Of a DNA stretch of 64,000 nucleotides, positions 38,767 to 53,830 are shown piece after piece. The notes below the pieces were generated by a model. The model was not told where the DNA came from and did not search any database. It saw only the letters and a program-made list of their open reading frames with translations. The stretch is from the human T2T-CHM13v2.0 reference genome, Homo sapiens, in assembly GCF_009914755.1 (NCBI RefSeq), contig NC_060932.1; one strand, 5' to 3'. The first letter of the stretch is position 1, and each line of letters opens with the position of its first letter. The position numbers and the translations under genes were made by a program.

Positions 38767-40723
38767 TATGATAAAAGACTAAATACCAAGAAGAATGTAT
38801 TATAAGCTTAAACAATAAGTATTATTGTAAAGGCCTATGTGCCACACTGTTGGAAAACAGAAACAGAAGGTTTCCCAGAGGAGGAGACCCTGGGGAAGGA
38901 GCTGGGCTTTGGTAGGAAGGTGGAGGAGAAGCAGCATCCGAGGCAGAGCAAACAGAATATACAAGGCACAGGCACAGCAGAGACCTTGTCTTGTTCAGGA
39001 ATTACAAGTAGTTCTCCATGCCAGGAGTCCCATAGTCCCACAGAGAAAGCCACAGAAACCAGGGCCAGTAACCAACAACCACTGAGATCCTGGAATATGA
39101 TTTCAGGGGTGAAAGTGGAAAGGAGGACTCAGCTAGATGCCAATGACCTTAAGGAAAGAGGCGCAGTGCCCTGAGAGTTGGCAGAGCACAGTGACGGAGA
39201 AAGGCAGGATGGATAAGATGACTTTCACTGCTGGATGATAGGCAACCAGCACCTGACTGGAGCAGATATGGGAGAATGTGCCACCTTTATTCAAGATTTG
39301 GCAAATAACAGAATGAGGGCCTGCAGAAGGTAAGGAGGTGGAGACAACACCTCACAAAGAGGTTGGAGATGTAAGGGAACTGTATTCCAAAGGACACAGT
39401 AGAAATGGCCAAGGAGGGGACCCTAGGGGTTGGAAGAGCTGAAAGAGGGATAAAACACACAGGGCTCATGGTTCTATCAACTAGTGTGATGGTCAGGAAG
39501 GACAGCCATGGGAAACAGGCAGTGCCATCCACTTGGCATCCAGTTCTAAGTAGAGTCTATCCTGGGCCCCAAATTGCCTTTTGGACAGTTGATGTACACA
39601 GTGTACCTCTAGTGTACCTCACACAGTGAGTAAGGCCCCTTGTTTTGACCATCATATATAGTCTTATATTCCATTTGCCTATGTTCTTTCTTAGTAAAGA
39701 AAACAGGCAATAGTAATCATCACAGAATAATCCTACCCAATTCCTGATTGCTTATGCACATATTTAGGAGAGTACGTTCTCAAATTTATCAAGAGAAAAT
39801 GAGCACTAAGAGGCTGGCTTGTTTTCAGTGCTTTTCCACTCAACGGAAGCATAGACCAGAATTAGTGTCTATTCTGGGCAAAATATATCTGCCAAATTCA
39901 CAAGGAGAAATTCCCTGACAGGAGATGACAGGAGTACCCCCGCCCAGCACAGAGTACGAACTGGCTATGACAAATATTCTTTTAAGTTGATGAAGTTAGT
40001 GGTTCTCAATTGCAGAATATCCCAGGAATCTATAAAATAGGAAGAGACTGACATAACTCTGTTTAATTGTGAGGAATTTTAGGTCTAGTCATCAGCAAAC
40101 CTTGTTTCTGGATCCCAGTTGCCTGAACTACACTGCAGGAAATGATGTCCTAAACTTTCACTCATTATTCCCCACAGCCAAGCTGAGCCCCAGCAATTAG
40201 GATGGACTCTCACCCAGAGTTGTCTGTCAACAGTTTCCTCCTATTGGGGAGATAATTGCTGGGAAAAGTCCCTAAACCTGTGAAGCCTTCAGATGGAATT
40301 ATCTGACTTCCATTTGTGTGCTGTGTTGATAAATATGCCATTAGTTTCACCACCACTATCTTTTCTGGCAAACCTTATTAACCCAAATTTAATGGCAATT
40401 CTCTGCTAATTTCAGTCAGTCTCCTTTGTGCTCAGATGTAGTTAAAAGGAATATTTCTCCCCAAACCACAGTGAGTGTAGTCATATCCAAATCTTTATCT
40501 CTGAGAGGCTCCTCAGTTTTAACCTCTTTCACAAAAATATCACAAATTTAAATTGTGTGTGTTGTCAGCAATTTTGAGGGTCAGAATAAGTTTAATGGAA
40601 AATAGTCACTTTCAAGATGATTGGGACCTCTATCTGTAGAGCTGAGATAAGCACAGACAAGCTGATTATCAAATAATCAATATACTGATTAGTTTATTTA
40701 AAACACATAGGTAATGAATGCTA

Positions 40724-40910
40724 TAGTGGTTCTCGAACTGCAGCATGCATCAGAATCACCGTGGAGGACTTGTTAAGACACTAATTGGTGGGCCATAGCC
40801 CCAGACTTTCTAATTCACTGGATCTGGGATGGGGCCCAAATATTTAAATTTTTAACGCATTACAAAGTGATGTTGATTGCTGCTGCCCTGGAAACCAGGC
40901 TGTGAGAACT
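40724..40910. mobile_element. MER5A MITE
   Basis: agtggttctc...gcatgcatcagaatcacc...ccccagactttctaattc...gggatggggccc...gtgatgttgattgctgctg...tgagaac. Confidence 0.85.
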
Positions 40911-41164
40911 TCTCTTTTATCCCAACAACTATTAATATCATTTTAAAATTGTAGTTTTTGGTGATAAATTGATAGAGACAGATATTTTTCTCTTTCATTC
41001 TTAATGCTGCTTCTCAAAGAATGGCATAGGGCCAAATACACCCAACTCACCTGGATGCTTGTGCACAATGAGAGGGGTCTATCTCAGATCTATGAATCTG
41101 AGGCCTTGAGTGATGAACAAGCTTCCTAGGGACACCTTTGAACTGCCCTGTGATGCTTATTCTC

Positions 41165-41325
41165 AAGCCTTGGCTCCCTGTTGGAATCACTTGAAGAGCT
41201 TTAAAGAACACAGATTCCCAGGTTTCAGCTACAGAGATGGTGATATAATTGATTTAAGTGCAACCTGGACATATTGTGTAAAAGCTTCCCAGAGATTCTC
41301 ACATCCAGCCAAAGAATCACTGCTC
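41165..41325. mobile_element. MER5B-like MITE
   Basis: ccttggct...ttggaatcacttgaagagctttaaa...aaaagcttcccagagattct...aagaatcactg. Confidence 0.65.
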
Positions 41326-41828
41326 TGAAAGGATAGCCTATGAACAAACTCTTCCCAATTTCTTCTTTCTTAAACTATGTTCCACAAGAGAATTTGTGGT
41401 CCACCAGATGTTTATAAGTGGATTTTTCTAATCTAACACAGCCAAGAAATACTGGGTTAAACAAAGTTACTAGGTTGTTTGACACCAAGATGCCTCAGGG
41501 TCCTTAATATATTTCTTCACATCACAATTTTTTCCTGTGAGATTTCCCAAACAGTTTCACCAGGGAACACTTTTTCTAAGAGCACTTTCTTGAGTGAATT
41601 TCAGAGAACCCCATAAAATTGTGTGTATGCTTATATGTGAATGTATTAACGCGTGCACTTATGTTTTCTGGAAAGAAACATATTCATCAGATTTTGCAAC
41701 CAGCTCTGAATATGATCCATAGATACCTAGGAAATACTCACCTAGACTGTCAGATCCATTTGGAGTGCTAAGAAGATCTATAAGGAGTATATAAAGGAAA
41801 CAGAATTATTCCTTCATTGTCTGAGACA

Positions 41829-42193
41829 TGTATTAGTCCATTTTCATGCCATTGATAAAGATATACCCAAGACTGGGAAGAAAAAGAGGTTTAATTGGAC
41901 TTACAGTTCCGCATGACTAGGGAGGCCTCAGAATCATGGCAGGAGGTGGGAAGCGAAAGGCACTTCTTACATGGCAGCAGCAAAAGAAAAAAAATGAGGA
42001 AGAAGCAAAAGCGGAAACCCCTGATAAACTCATCAGATCTCATGAGACTTATTCACTATCACGAGAATAGCATGGGAAAAACCAGCACCCATGATTCAAT
42101 TACCTCCCCCTGGGTCCCTCCCACAACATGTGGGAATTCTGGGAGATACAATTCAAGTTGAGATTTGGGTGGGGACACAGCCAAACCATATCA
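41829..42193 (-). mobile_element. THE1C MaLR solo LTR
   Basis: tgtattagtccattttca...gactgggaagaaaaagaggtttaattggacttacagttc...gcggaaacccctgataaac...ggggacacagccaaaccatatca. Confidence 0.9.
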
Positions 42194-42239
42194 CATGGTA
42201 TATCCACCAGGTTATCTTTACACTAATACGTGCTAGTTC

Positions 42240-44226
<1,987 letters not shown>

Positions 44227-45511
44227 TTAAAAGATTCACTGCAAACTAGATAAGGTGGATATGTATGCTGGACACTGTTAACATCCTAGAGTAGTTTAAG
44301 AGCCTAATTCAGCCTCTATTGGACACTGATCAAGTAGTTCCTGTGTTCTGGATTCTAGGCTAGAAAGGTGAATTAACCATAATTTCTATCCAGTCTCTCA
44401 GTCAGATAAACAAACAAAAAAAATTGCACTATAGCAAATGTTCTAATAGAGATATGCACAGACAAAACTGAAACATATTAGTAGTCCAGTGATTAATTCT
44501 GCCAGGGGTGCAATTTGAGCTCAGCTTGGAAGGTGGGAAAGACACTTCTGAGAGAAGGAAATGGCAGTGGAATGGAGGGAAGCGACCCTCAGGGAGTTCC
44601 ACTGGACTGGAGGCTTGGAGAGTGAGTGGATGGTGTAAAGTGTTTGGAGAAGAGACAGACAGGCAATCGGATTGGAAAGAGCTCTGCATGCCTCCTGTGG
44701 AGTTTAGGCCCCATTCTATGGGCAAGAGGAAGCCACTGAAGGACCATAGGGAAGGAGTGGTTTTGTGAATTTCTGGGAGGTTGCTAAGCCCTCTTTGGAC
44801 ATCTGGCTTTGGCAAGAAGTGATCCCAGATCTAGCATCACTGACCAAGAATCATAGAACTTTCATTGTTTCCAACCCATATTTATGGTTTGGTGTCAGGT
44901 GTTAATATGTTACCCCTTAGGAAATCTTCCACCCTAAGGATCCCAATCACAGCTCAAGCTTCCTTCATTATACAGAGCCCTGATAAAACCAAAGCCTGGG
45001 GAAGATAAAAGAATCACTTCTCATCAGAGGCCAACCAACTCTCATCAATTGGAGAGTCAGTCCCCATATTAGTTATTCTTTGTAGAAGGGAATAACAGCC
45101 CTTCAAACTATAGGAGCACCATAGCTCCAGAAATCCACAGCTTATGCCTATAGCTACAGCAACTAAAAAATATGCCTTCATCAGCAGTCATGGGATAGCC
45201 CAGAAAACAATAAAAAGTGTTTTTCTTGTGCAGATGGAGTCAGCACACAGACACCTACCTGTAATTCTCTATACCCCATGTGCCATCTGTGTCCCCAAAG
45301 ACTGTAATGGTATTGGATGATTTCTATTATTAAGACATAGGTTTTGTGTGTGTGCTTAATTGAGAAGACCTCTTAAGGAAACAATTTATAAGGTCCAATC
45401 TGAGCTCCAAGGAGGAAAGTCCAAGTGCTGTTGTTCATAAAACAGAGTAAGAAAATGTCCCTAAACATTGCAAGAGAGAAATACAGTCTTCAAAATTAGC
45501 AGTGAGGAGGG

Positions 45512-45760
45512 TAGCATAGCAGTGAAGTATTGGAGCATGGTCATGCTATATAAATTTAAACTTGGTGTTTGTCACTTACCGGCTATATAATCTAGGGCAA
45601 GTTACTTCCTAGGCAACATTTCCTTGATCTCTAAAATAAGAAATAATAATGACACCTATCTCATAAAGCTGTTGTGGGGATTAAATGGAATAATCCATGT
45701 AAAAGGCTTTGCTACCCAGCACAAATTAAGTGCTCAATAAATGATCACTATTATTATTAC
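45512..45760 (+). mobile_element. MIR
   Basis: tcacttacc...gggcaagttactt...acacctatctcataaagctgttgtggggattaaatgg...agtgctcaataaatg. Confidence 0.85.
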
Positions 45761-46528
45761 TAGGACAAAGAGAGTTTGTGTTTTCACTTCAGAAATCAAT
45801 ATAGATGCAGTATACTGCAAATAATTATGTGTATTCATTGTGTATAAAAGCTTCAGAACTGAGTCGATAGCCAAACCACACAGCTATGCACATTCACCTT
45901 AAGCAACATACATTAACTTCTGGGCAAATTGCACTGTTCTTGTATTGCTCCAAATGATATTTTAAAAACATTCCATTGTGATAGGAACTCACCTACATTT
46001 GTGTATGATTATTTATGTATTGTCGCAGAAAAAAGCTCCCAGCTATTGGCTAAGAAACATGACCTGGAGTAGCTCAAGCTGAAGTCTGTGGTTTCTCCAG
46101 AAAAATCATCTGAGGTTGCAATTACTACACCAGATATGGATGTAATCTGTATAATTAAGGAAGGGATACATTAACCAAAAAGTTGTGATGATAAAAAGGA
46201 GGAAGATGATATGTAATTAACCTTTTCAACAGTTAACATCAGTGGTTACCTAAGCCTCCTTTCACAGAACTGCTCATTTGAAAAGCAGTGAGTTTTGCTG
46301 TGGCATTTTCTTAAATATTTAATTTGCCTGCCTGCAGATAAAGTGATTTCCTTTTTATATATTTTTTATTTCAGCTATGGAGTTCTGCTTTCATCACATC
46401 AACTTTCAAAATTGTATTTTATTAAATGAATTGATTTTGAAAGGAGCTGATTATTCTCTGGATTCTTTAAATAGAAACTCATATCTGATAAATATTAATT
46501 ACGGTGAGGTCAGCCTACTGTTTTTATA

Positions 46529-46571
46529 TTAGGTTGGTGCAAAAGTAATTGCAGTTTTGCCATTAATTTCA
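46529..46571 (+). mobile_element. MADE1 (Hsmar1-derived MITE), one arm only
   Basis: TA followed by ttaggttggtgcaaaagtaattgcagttttgccatta matches the Hsmar1 TIR. The second arm is absent. Confidence 0.88.
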
Positions 46572-47248
46572 TTAAATAATAAGTTTGAGAAGGGGAATTT
46601 TAAGTTCTGTGATAGCCAAGTCTCATTGAGTAGGTGACAGGCCAGGCAAGGAGCAAGTAGGCGCAGAGACCAAGGAAACCTCTGGGATCAGACAAGTGCA
46701 AGCAGAGGGTGTCAGAAGATTTGGTATGAGGGAAGTCTTGCCAGGGTCAAAAGCCAGGTATTCAAGGAGCTGGAAAGAGCAGACCTTTTGATATAATATT
46801 ATAAAAAGAAAGCCCAGGCCTTGAAATTTGAGAGGTAAGCATGTTTATTCAGTCATCATAGGGTCTTCAGGAAGGCCTAGGAGCGGGAAATGAAGGAGAT
46901 ATCCTCAGCACAGATTAGTTAGTATCAAGAAGATTCCATGGAAAGCCACAGAGTGCTGGCCCAGAGGACTAGTAGGTGGGACTCAGGACTTCAGTTGCTG
47001 AAGGAGTCAGGAAGAAAGCTAAGACCACAGTTGGTGATGAACCCACCAAAACACCAGTTAGGAAGCCAGCAGAGGAACACAGGGACACGGGATGGAGAGG
47101 AGGCAAGAGCCAGGCACAGTGGATCAAAGGCAGAGCAGTCTAAGTTGCAAGGCTGATTCTTCAGCCAGAGGCATTGGCTGGAGGACCCTGAGCAGGGTCA
47201 CATTATCCTCGATATACAGCAGGTCGTACCCACAGGCGTGAGTTAAGC

Positions 47249-47453
47249 CACAGTTGTCCAAACTCAGCACTACTCCATTTTGGACCAGATAATTCTTTGT
47301 TGTGGGGGCTTTCCTGTACATCATAGGCTGCAGCATCCCTGGCCTCCAGCCATTAGCATCCAGTCATGACAATCAAATTGTCTCCAATTGGTTAAATCAG
47401 TCATTGCTAAATATCCTCTGGCGGGCAAAATTTCCCCTGATTGAGAACCACTG
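47249..47453. mobile_element. MER20 hAT-Charlie element
   Basis: cattttggaccagataattctttgttgtgggg...cagcatccctggcctc...ggcaaaatttcccctgattgagaaccactg. Degenerate 8-bp TSD agttaagc/ggttaagg. Confidence 0.88.
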
Positions 47454-48984
47454 GGTTAAGGGGGTAGCTCCCTGAGTTTGAGGAATCCCGAGATGAAAAG
47501 CCAAGTATAGGATTAGGCATTCAGAGCTTCTGTTTTGCTGTTGTTGCTGATTAAATTTGTCTTCCCCACCCTTTCTATTTGGACTTCCCAGAAGACCTTC
47601 TTATTCTTAAGCACCAGGTCTTTTCTGGTCATGTTTGTCATTTTTCTAGACTCCTCTGTAGTGTGGTGGTAGGAAATATCTACAGTATTCAGTGTTTTCC
47701 CTGAAACAGTTATATACCTACATGTGATTTACAAGGTGATGGTTACAAAATACACCGGTCTGTCCATTTCACATAAATACCTGGATGAAAGATGTTCTGT
47801 TCCAAAGCATCAGTGGCACTATGCAAACACAAGTATGACCTGTGGGGAACTCCATTTTAGGTTAGGTGGCTCTGCAATACTGGTTTCCAGTCAATGCCTG
47901 TCTCTGAGATGTCAGCTAAGGCATTCTAAAGCCCTTAGGCACAAAAATATCCCTCTTGCTGGCTAGTCATTAATGCTTAAAATGGCCAAGGGTCAGGTGG
48001 CAATGGTGACAAGTCCAGCTCACCCTGCCCAGTAGGGGGAATTTTTCATAATAATCCTCCTCTTTAGTCCATCCTCTCAATTGGCCAGAATCTAATCTGG
48101 AAGAGTGACACATAAGATCTTAACAGCATTAGCATCTTTCTTGGCCCGGTCATGTTCTAGACAGCACTGCTTAGCATCTGTCGTGTGAATTATTTGATAG
48201 ATGAGAATCAGTCACTCAGCTGCCTCCCTGCTAAGCTGCACGTCATGAAAACTCACCCAGCCTGCTTTGTATTGCCCAGGTCTGCCAACTACTCATATGT
48301 CTTCCCCCATGTGGTGAAAACAGGTTGAGTTTTTTTTAAGGTGGAAGAAAGCAGACTCTAATCCAGTCATGTCAATACTAATAGATTGTCAGAGATCTAC
48401 ATGCAATCCCATAGAAAGCCCTGTAGAGGCTGTGTGGGTCTCCTGAGGAGAACATGACTCAAATTTGACCATTCAATTATTCCTTCATCCTCTTACTAAC
48501 ATAGATTACATTAGGCTGGCTCCAGAATTTCTCCATGGTGGGAGGGAGATAGTAGAGGTTTTGCTCAGATTATTTTTGGTGTGGGATAGATTTAAGGGTA
48601 CTGATAGAAATTGTGGGGAGGGGCCTAAAGTCTGCCCAAGCTGTTTTTGGCTGTATTAAATTTTATTACTAAAGTATTATCTGTGATGTTAAGTAAAATC
48701 TTTCAACTTATCAAATATTTTGAGCTGGTCAGGTTTTATTTTCCTAGAGTTCATTTACCTTCACAATTAATTTTGTACCTAAGAACTTTCAGACTTAAAC
48801 TATAGAACTATGTGCTAAAATATTTGTATGCAACTACAAGTTGCTCATTCATTGTAAGGTCTGAGCTGTGGTTGATATGAGATATAATAATTAGTGAGAA
48901 ATTCAAGAACCTAGAGTGAAAGTCCTGTGAACTCAGATTCTTAAAAAGAGTATCATTCAAGTCAAGTTATTAATTATACTACAT

Positions 48985-49255
48985 AGTAACAATAATAACA
49001 ATAATTTTAAAATATCAAGGGCTTATTATATGCTACTGGACCAAGGGCTTTTACATGCATTTCTCATTAAATCCATTATAACCCTTTGAGATTGTTACTG
49101 TTATTAACCCCATTGTATAATAAGGAAACTGAGGCACAGAAAGTAACTTGCCTATGATGAGTCATGGGGTTAGTGGGTGGCTTAAATGCTAGCCAAGTAT
49201 TGAAGCCCAGGCAACCTGACTTCAGAGTCTGAACCATCCTGATTATACCATTCTG
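48985..49255 (-). mobile_element. MIR
   Basis: ttttacatgcatttctcatt...aaccctttgag...cccattgtataataaggaaactgaggcacaga...cccaggcaacctgacttcagag. Confidence 0.85.
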
Positions 49256-49319
49256 CCCATTTTTCTTATAAATGAACCAAAGGAGAATATTTCTACAGTT
49301 TTACTTCCCACCCTTTTAA

Positions 49320-49646
<327 letters not shown>

Positions 49647-50499
49647 CTGTCATCTTAATTATATATACACATATATAAAATTTACATATATAAAAATTAT
49701 ATTGATCAAAACATAAATAAGAATTCTCATGTCCTACTATAAATTTATATTACCCTGAGTTATATACACTGCAATATGTTTAGATCAGTAACTACAAATA
49801 AAATAATGTGAGGATCTAGTATTAATTCCAGTGCCTCCTATTTAGAGACCTGCTAGAATTCTTTATCCGTGTAGCTCAGGAATGAAATCTCCTGGGCTCC
49901 AGAGACAGACAGCAACCCAACCCGGTTTGCATTACAAAGAGAAAGGAGAGCAGCCCATTAACAATTGGCCAGGTAAGAAGCATTTAAGCAGCTGAGATCA
50001 GGATGTGAGAGAGGTGTCAAGGGACCAGAGAAGTCACAGCTCATCCCTGATGCCAACACCAAAGGAATTCTTGACACAGACCACACCTCACTAGCTCCTC
50101 ACCTTCCCCCTCCCATGGCCTCTGAGGCAGAGGAAGGACAGTGAGACCAGCTCTGCCCTTCCGGTCAGGGCCTTCCACAGCCTGCAGTCCTTCCCTGGAA
50201 CAGACAGTGACTGAAAAACCCAACCACCCAGGGGCTAGCCCAGCCCACATCTGGAGGTGGTGGTGGACCCCAAAGAGAAGGAGAAAGAGCAGGTAAAGTC
50301 AAGCAACACTGACATTCTAATTTTTAAAAATACTGTGCCTGCAGAGCAAAGCCATCTGCGGCCAGATTGTGGACCCAGGCTGCCAATTTTGAGCCCTGTT
50401 AGAACATCGCAGAATGAGAAGGCCCAAGGAATTCCTTCAGAATAGAGAACAGTTTGACCTAAGAGGAACTGTGGCGTTCCCTTCAATAATAAGATGTGT

Positions 50500-50752
50500 G
50501 CGCGTATTTTTTAAAAGCGTGTTCTGTATTCTCCCTTTAAGTAAATATATATTTTAAAAACACAGATGCGTGACTTGACTTCGTGACTCACAGTAAACAA
50601 TCCAATGGCAACACCCCTCAGCCTTGGAGCAACAGCAGAGAAGCACTTTGCCTCCTGACCCTCCCCCCTTCCAGCCTTCTATTATAAACAGGGGAGATTA
50701 AGTGGCTATATGAATGAGCTTTAAAAAAAAAAAAAATGACCCACAGGTAAGA
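50500..50752 (+). promoter_or_regulatory. Candidate promoter/enhancer motif cluster with TATA-like box and downstream splice donor
   Basis: GCGTG x2 (50517, 50568), TGACTCA (50584), GTAAACA (50593), CCAAT (50602), CACCC (50612), TATAAA (50683), CAG|GTAAGA (50744-50752). Locally elevated CpG. Confidence 0.35.
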
Positions 50753-50816
50753 ATAGCCAGGTAGGCCACATTTTTGGGTTACAAAATCTTAGGCTGTGCC
50801 TTTCTTTAAAAATCAT

Positions 50817-51402
50817 AACCATTGTGGAAGACAGTGTGGTGATTCCTCAAGGATCTAGAACTGGAAATACCATTTGACCCAGCCATCCCATTACTGGGTA
50901 TATACCCAAACGATTATAAATCATGCTGCTATGAAGACACATGCACACATATGTTCATTGCGGCACTATTCACAATAGCAAAGACTTGGAACCAACCTAA
51001 ATGTCCATCAGTGATAGACTGGATTAAGAAAATGTGGCACATATACACCATGGAATACTATGCAGCCATAAAAAAGGATGAGTTTATGTCCTTTGTAGGG
51101 ACATGGATGAAGCTGGAAACCATCATTCTCAGCAAACTATCGCAGGGACAAAAAACCAAACACCGCATGTTCTCACTCATAGGTGGGAATTGAACAATGA
51201 GAACACTTGGACACAGGAAGGGGAATATCACACACCAGGGCCTGTCGTGGGGTGGGGGGAGGGAGGAGGGATAGCATTAGGAGATATACCTAGTGTAAAT
51301 GATGAGTTAATGGGTGCAGCACACCAACGTGGCACATGTATACATATGTAACAAACCTGCACATTGTGCACATGTACCCTAGAACTTAAAGTATAATTTT
51401 TA
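50817..51402 (+). mobile_element. L1PA (about L1PA4-6) 5'-truncated insertion
   Basis: ORF2p C-terminus [45 protein letters not shown]...LIGGN plus 3'UTR. TSD aaaaatcat (50808-50816, 51403-51411). Confidence 0.96.
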
Positions 51403-53451
51403 AAAAATCATTTGATTATTTCCTGTGTTTTTAAAAACACATTGCTCTTTATTTATCCTCCTGTTCTAATTTACATATGTTTGGTTTGTGTGGGCATTGG
51501 GATCTCAAGAGGATGCTATCAACTCTGCTGGTGAGTATTTTTGGCGCTTTCAGTGTGGGATTTCTTGTTCACAGCATCTTATTTGTGTTTCTATGATTGC
51601 TGCTAACAAGTCTCCTTTACACACATATGTGGGGTAGGGACTTGAGGGCTAGGCCTGAGGCAGATGAATCTTTAACATGGCCAAGAAAAGGGTGTAGGGT
51701 GACGGTTATGACACACACGTTCGGAGATCGGCATGCAGTATCCAGGTGCTGTGAATCAGTTAGTTGTAGGTTGTGGCATCTCCTTGACCATCTCCGGAGC
51801 AAAGGTCTTTAGGGAGAGAGGAGACCTTGCTGCCTGCTGAATCAGCTGAGCAACGTTGGACCTAAGCTCTCCACCTTTGATTGGAAAATGAGAGGGTTCA
51901 ATGACTTTTGAGGTTCCTTCCAGTTTGACATTCTAGGACTTTATGATTCATTACTGTATTCTTTTATCTAGTGCTATATGATGATTTAAATGGAATAGTC
52001 CCCCAGAAAATACACAGGAAATGTAGGCATCATCTTAAAGCAAAGAAGATGAATTTCTTTATTTAATTTAATCCACATTGCACCAAGACTTTAAAAATTC
52101 TCATGTGACTTAATTTAAGCAGTATCTTCTCTCTTCCTCTTTTTGTAGTGTACTGATATACCAATGAATCAAGTGTCTAGAGGTGAAATAGTGCTATCTA
52201 AACATAAAGATCAACAGACTGGTGAATAATATTGTCAATTTGTTGTGATCTTAGCCTTGCATATTTGTAAGTGCTACTAAGACATTTCATGAACCAGTAT
52301 GATGTGGCACTTGGCAGATGAGAGGACAAGACCCTTAGGTTTGTTAGGTATGGGGGTGATGACGTTTTCTTGAAGCTCTTCCAATTTAGAAATGATAGAG
52401 ACTGTGAGAGGACTGAATAGTGTCTCAGCAGGCCAGGTCATCCAAGGTAACCCCTACCACAGGAAGTCAGGGGCCTAAGGGTTCAATGTGCCTTAGAAAA
52501 ATCACTCTCATTTGGTCTCCAGTTCTTGGTTTATAAACTTGGTGTGAGAAAAAGTATTGTCCCAGTTAATTGTTGCCACCATGTTTTTTCTAAGAATTTC
52601 CAGAATCCCAGATGTTTACAAAGTGATAAATGAATGTGCAATATGGTTATATTAATAAATATACTCTTTAAAAATTGTGTTTGTGTCAGTATGCTTAAAA
52701 TACCTAATTTACTTCTTACACTCAGGTTTAGTGGTCATTGGAGAGAAAGAGGAAGTAGTATAATACAGGACATTCTACCATTTTTAAGACAAGAAACATA
52801 TATATCACTCTTCAAAAAAGTTGGCTGGTATAATGTTTTTGGAATTTATACATTTCTTGCTTTGCTATAGAGCATGCAATTTGTTACTGCTTCTGAGGAA
52901 AAATCCAGTACTGGATTTTCATTTGAAGTTTTCTCCTATACTATCTGTCCCATTATTCCAGACAGCCTGTTTAGCTTTCTTAAAGTCAGCCTTTCTTCCC
53001 GTCTTTTCTTTAGCATGGGATATTAGAGGTGCTGCTGTTTCCATGTTTTGTTATAAACTAATGTTAGACTAAAAATGAATTGTCTAAAATAGCATCCATG
53101 AGAGTTAATAGCTCCTGTGGGTGGACCATATAACACTACCATCACTTGCTGTGTGATATTTATAATTAATACTCTCTCCTTTCCAGCCAACAGTTCTGCA
53201 GCTTAGTTTTCTAATTATGGAAACAAAGAGTGAGTTTTCACACAGAGGTATTATTGTTTTTACTACCCTGGAAAATGAGGATTTATGAAAAGAAAGTTAT
53301 TTCCATTGGCCCCTGGCTTCCTACCAATCCTTTCGGTGCAGCAGTTACCTCACCTTCCTTGAGGGAGGGGAAGAAGATACACCTCTTTATTGGGGGAATA
53401 TTAAAAGGTGGCTCAAATGATTCCATGTCTCCTTTCTCTAGAAATTTTTCT

Positions 53452-53727
53452 GGGCCAGGCACGGTGGCTCACATCTGTAATCCCAGCCCTTTGGGAGGTT
53501 CAAGCAGGCAGATTGCTTGAGCCCAGGAGTTTGAGACCAGCCTGGGAAACATGGAGAAACCCGGTCTCTACAAAGAATAAAATTTACTGGGTGTGATGGC
53601 ATGCACCTATAGTCCCAGCTACTAAGGAGGCTGAGACAGGAAGATCACTTGAGCCCAGGAGGTCAAGGCTGCAGTAAGCTGTGATCACACCACTGCACCA
53701 CTGCATTCCAGCCTGGGCCACAGAGCG

Positions 53728-53786
<59 letters not shown>

Positions 53787-53830
53787 AAGAAAGAAAGAAA
53801 AAGAAAAGAAAAGAAAAAGAAAAAGAAAGA
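53452..53830 (+). mobile_element. AluJ with 54-nt poly(A) and (GAAA/GAAAA)n tail
   Basis: gcttgagcccaggagtttgagacc and ggaggtcaaggctgcagt AluJ diagnostics. A run at 53731-53784. Confidence 0.93.

Noticed and set aside
46600-47240. Purine-rich LTR-like segment (similar ones near 30860-31300, 34740-34990, 53880-54300)
   Set aside because: Probably ancient LTR fragments, but I cannot assign a family or boundaries from the sequence alone.
50951-51193. ORF with clear protein homology
   Set aside because: This is the L1 ORF2p C-terminus of a 5'-truncated L1PA, not a host gene. The same applies to ORFs at 16849, 42728, 55846, 56456 and 56649.
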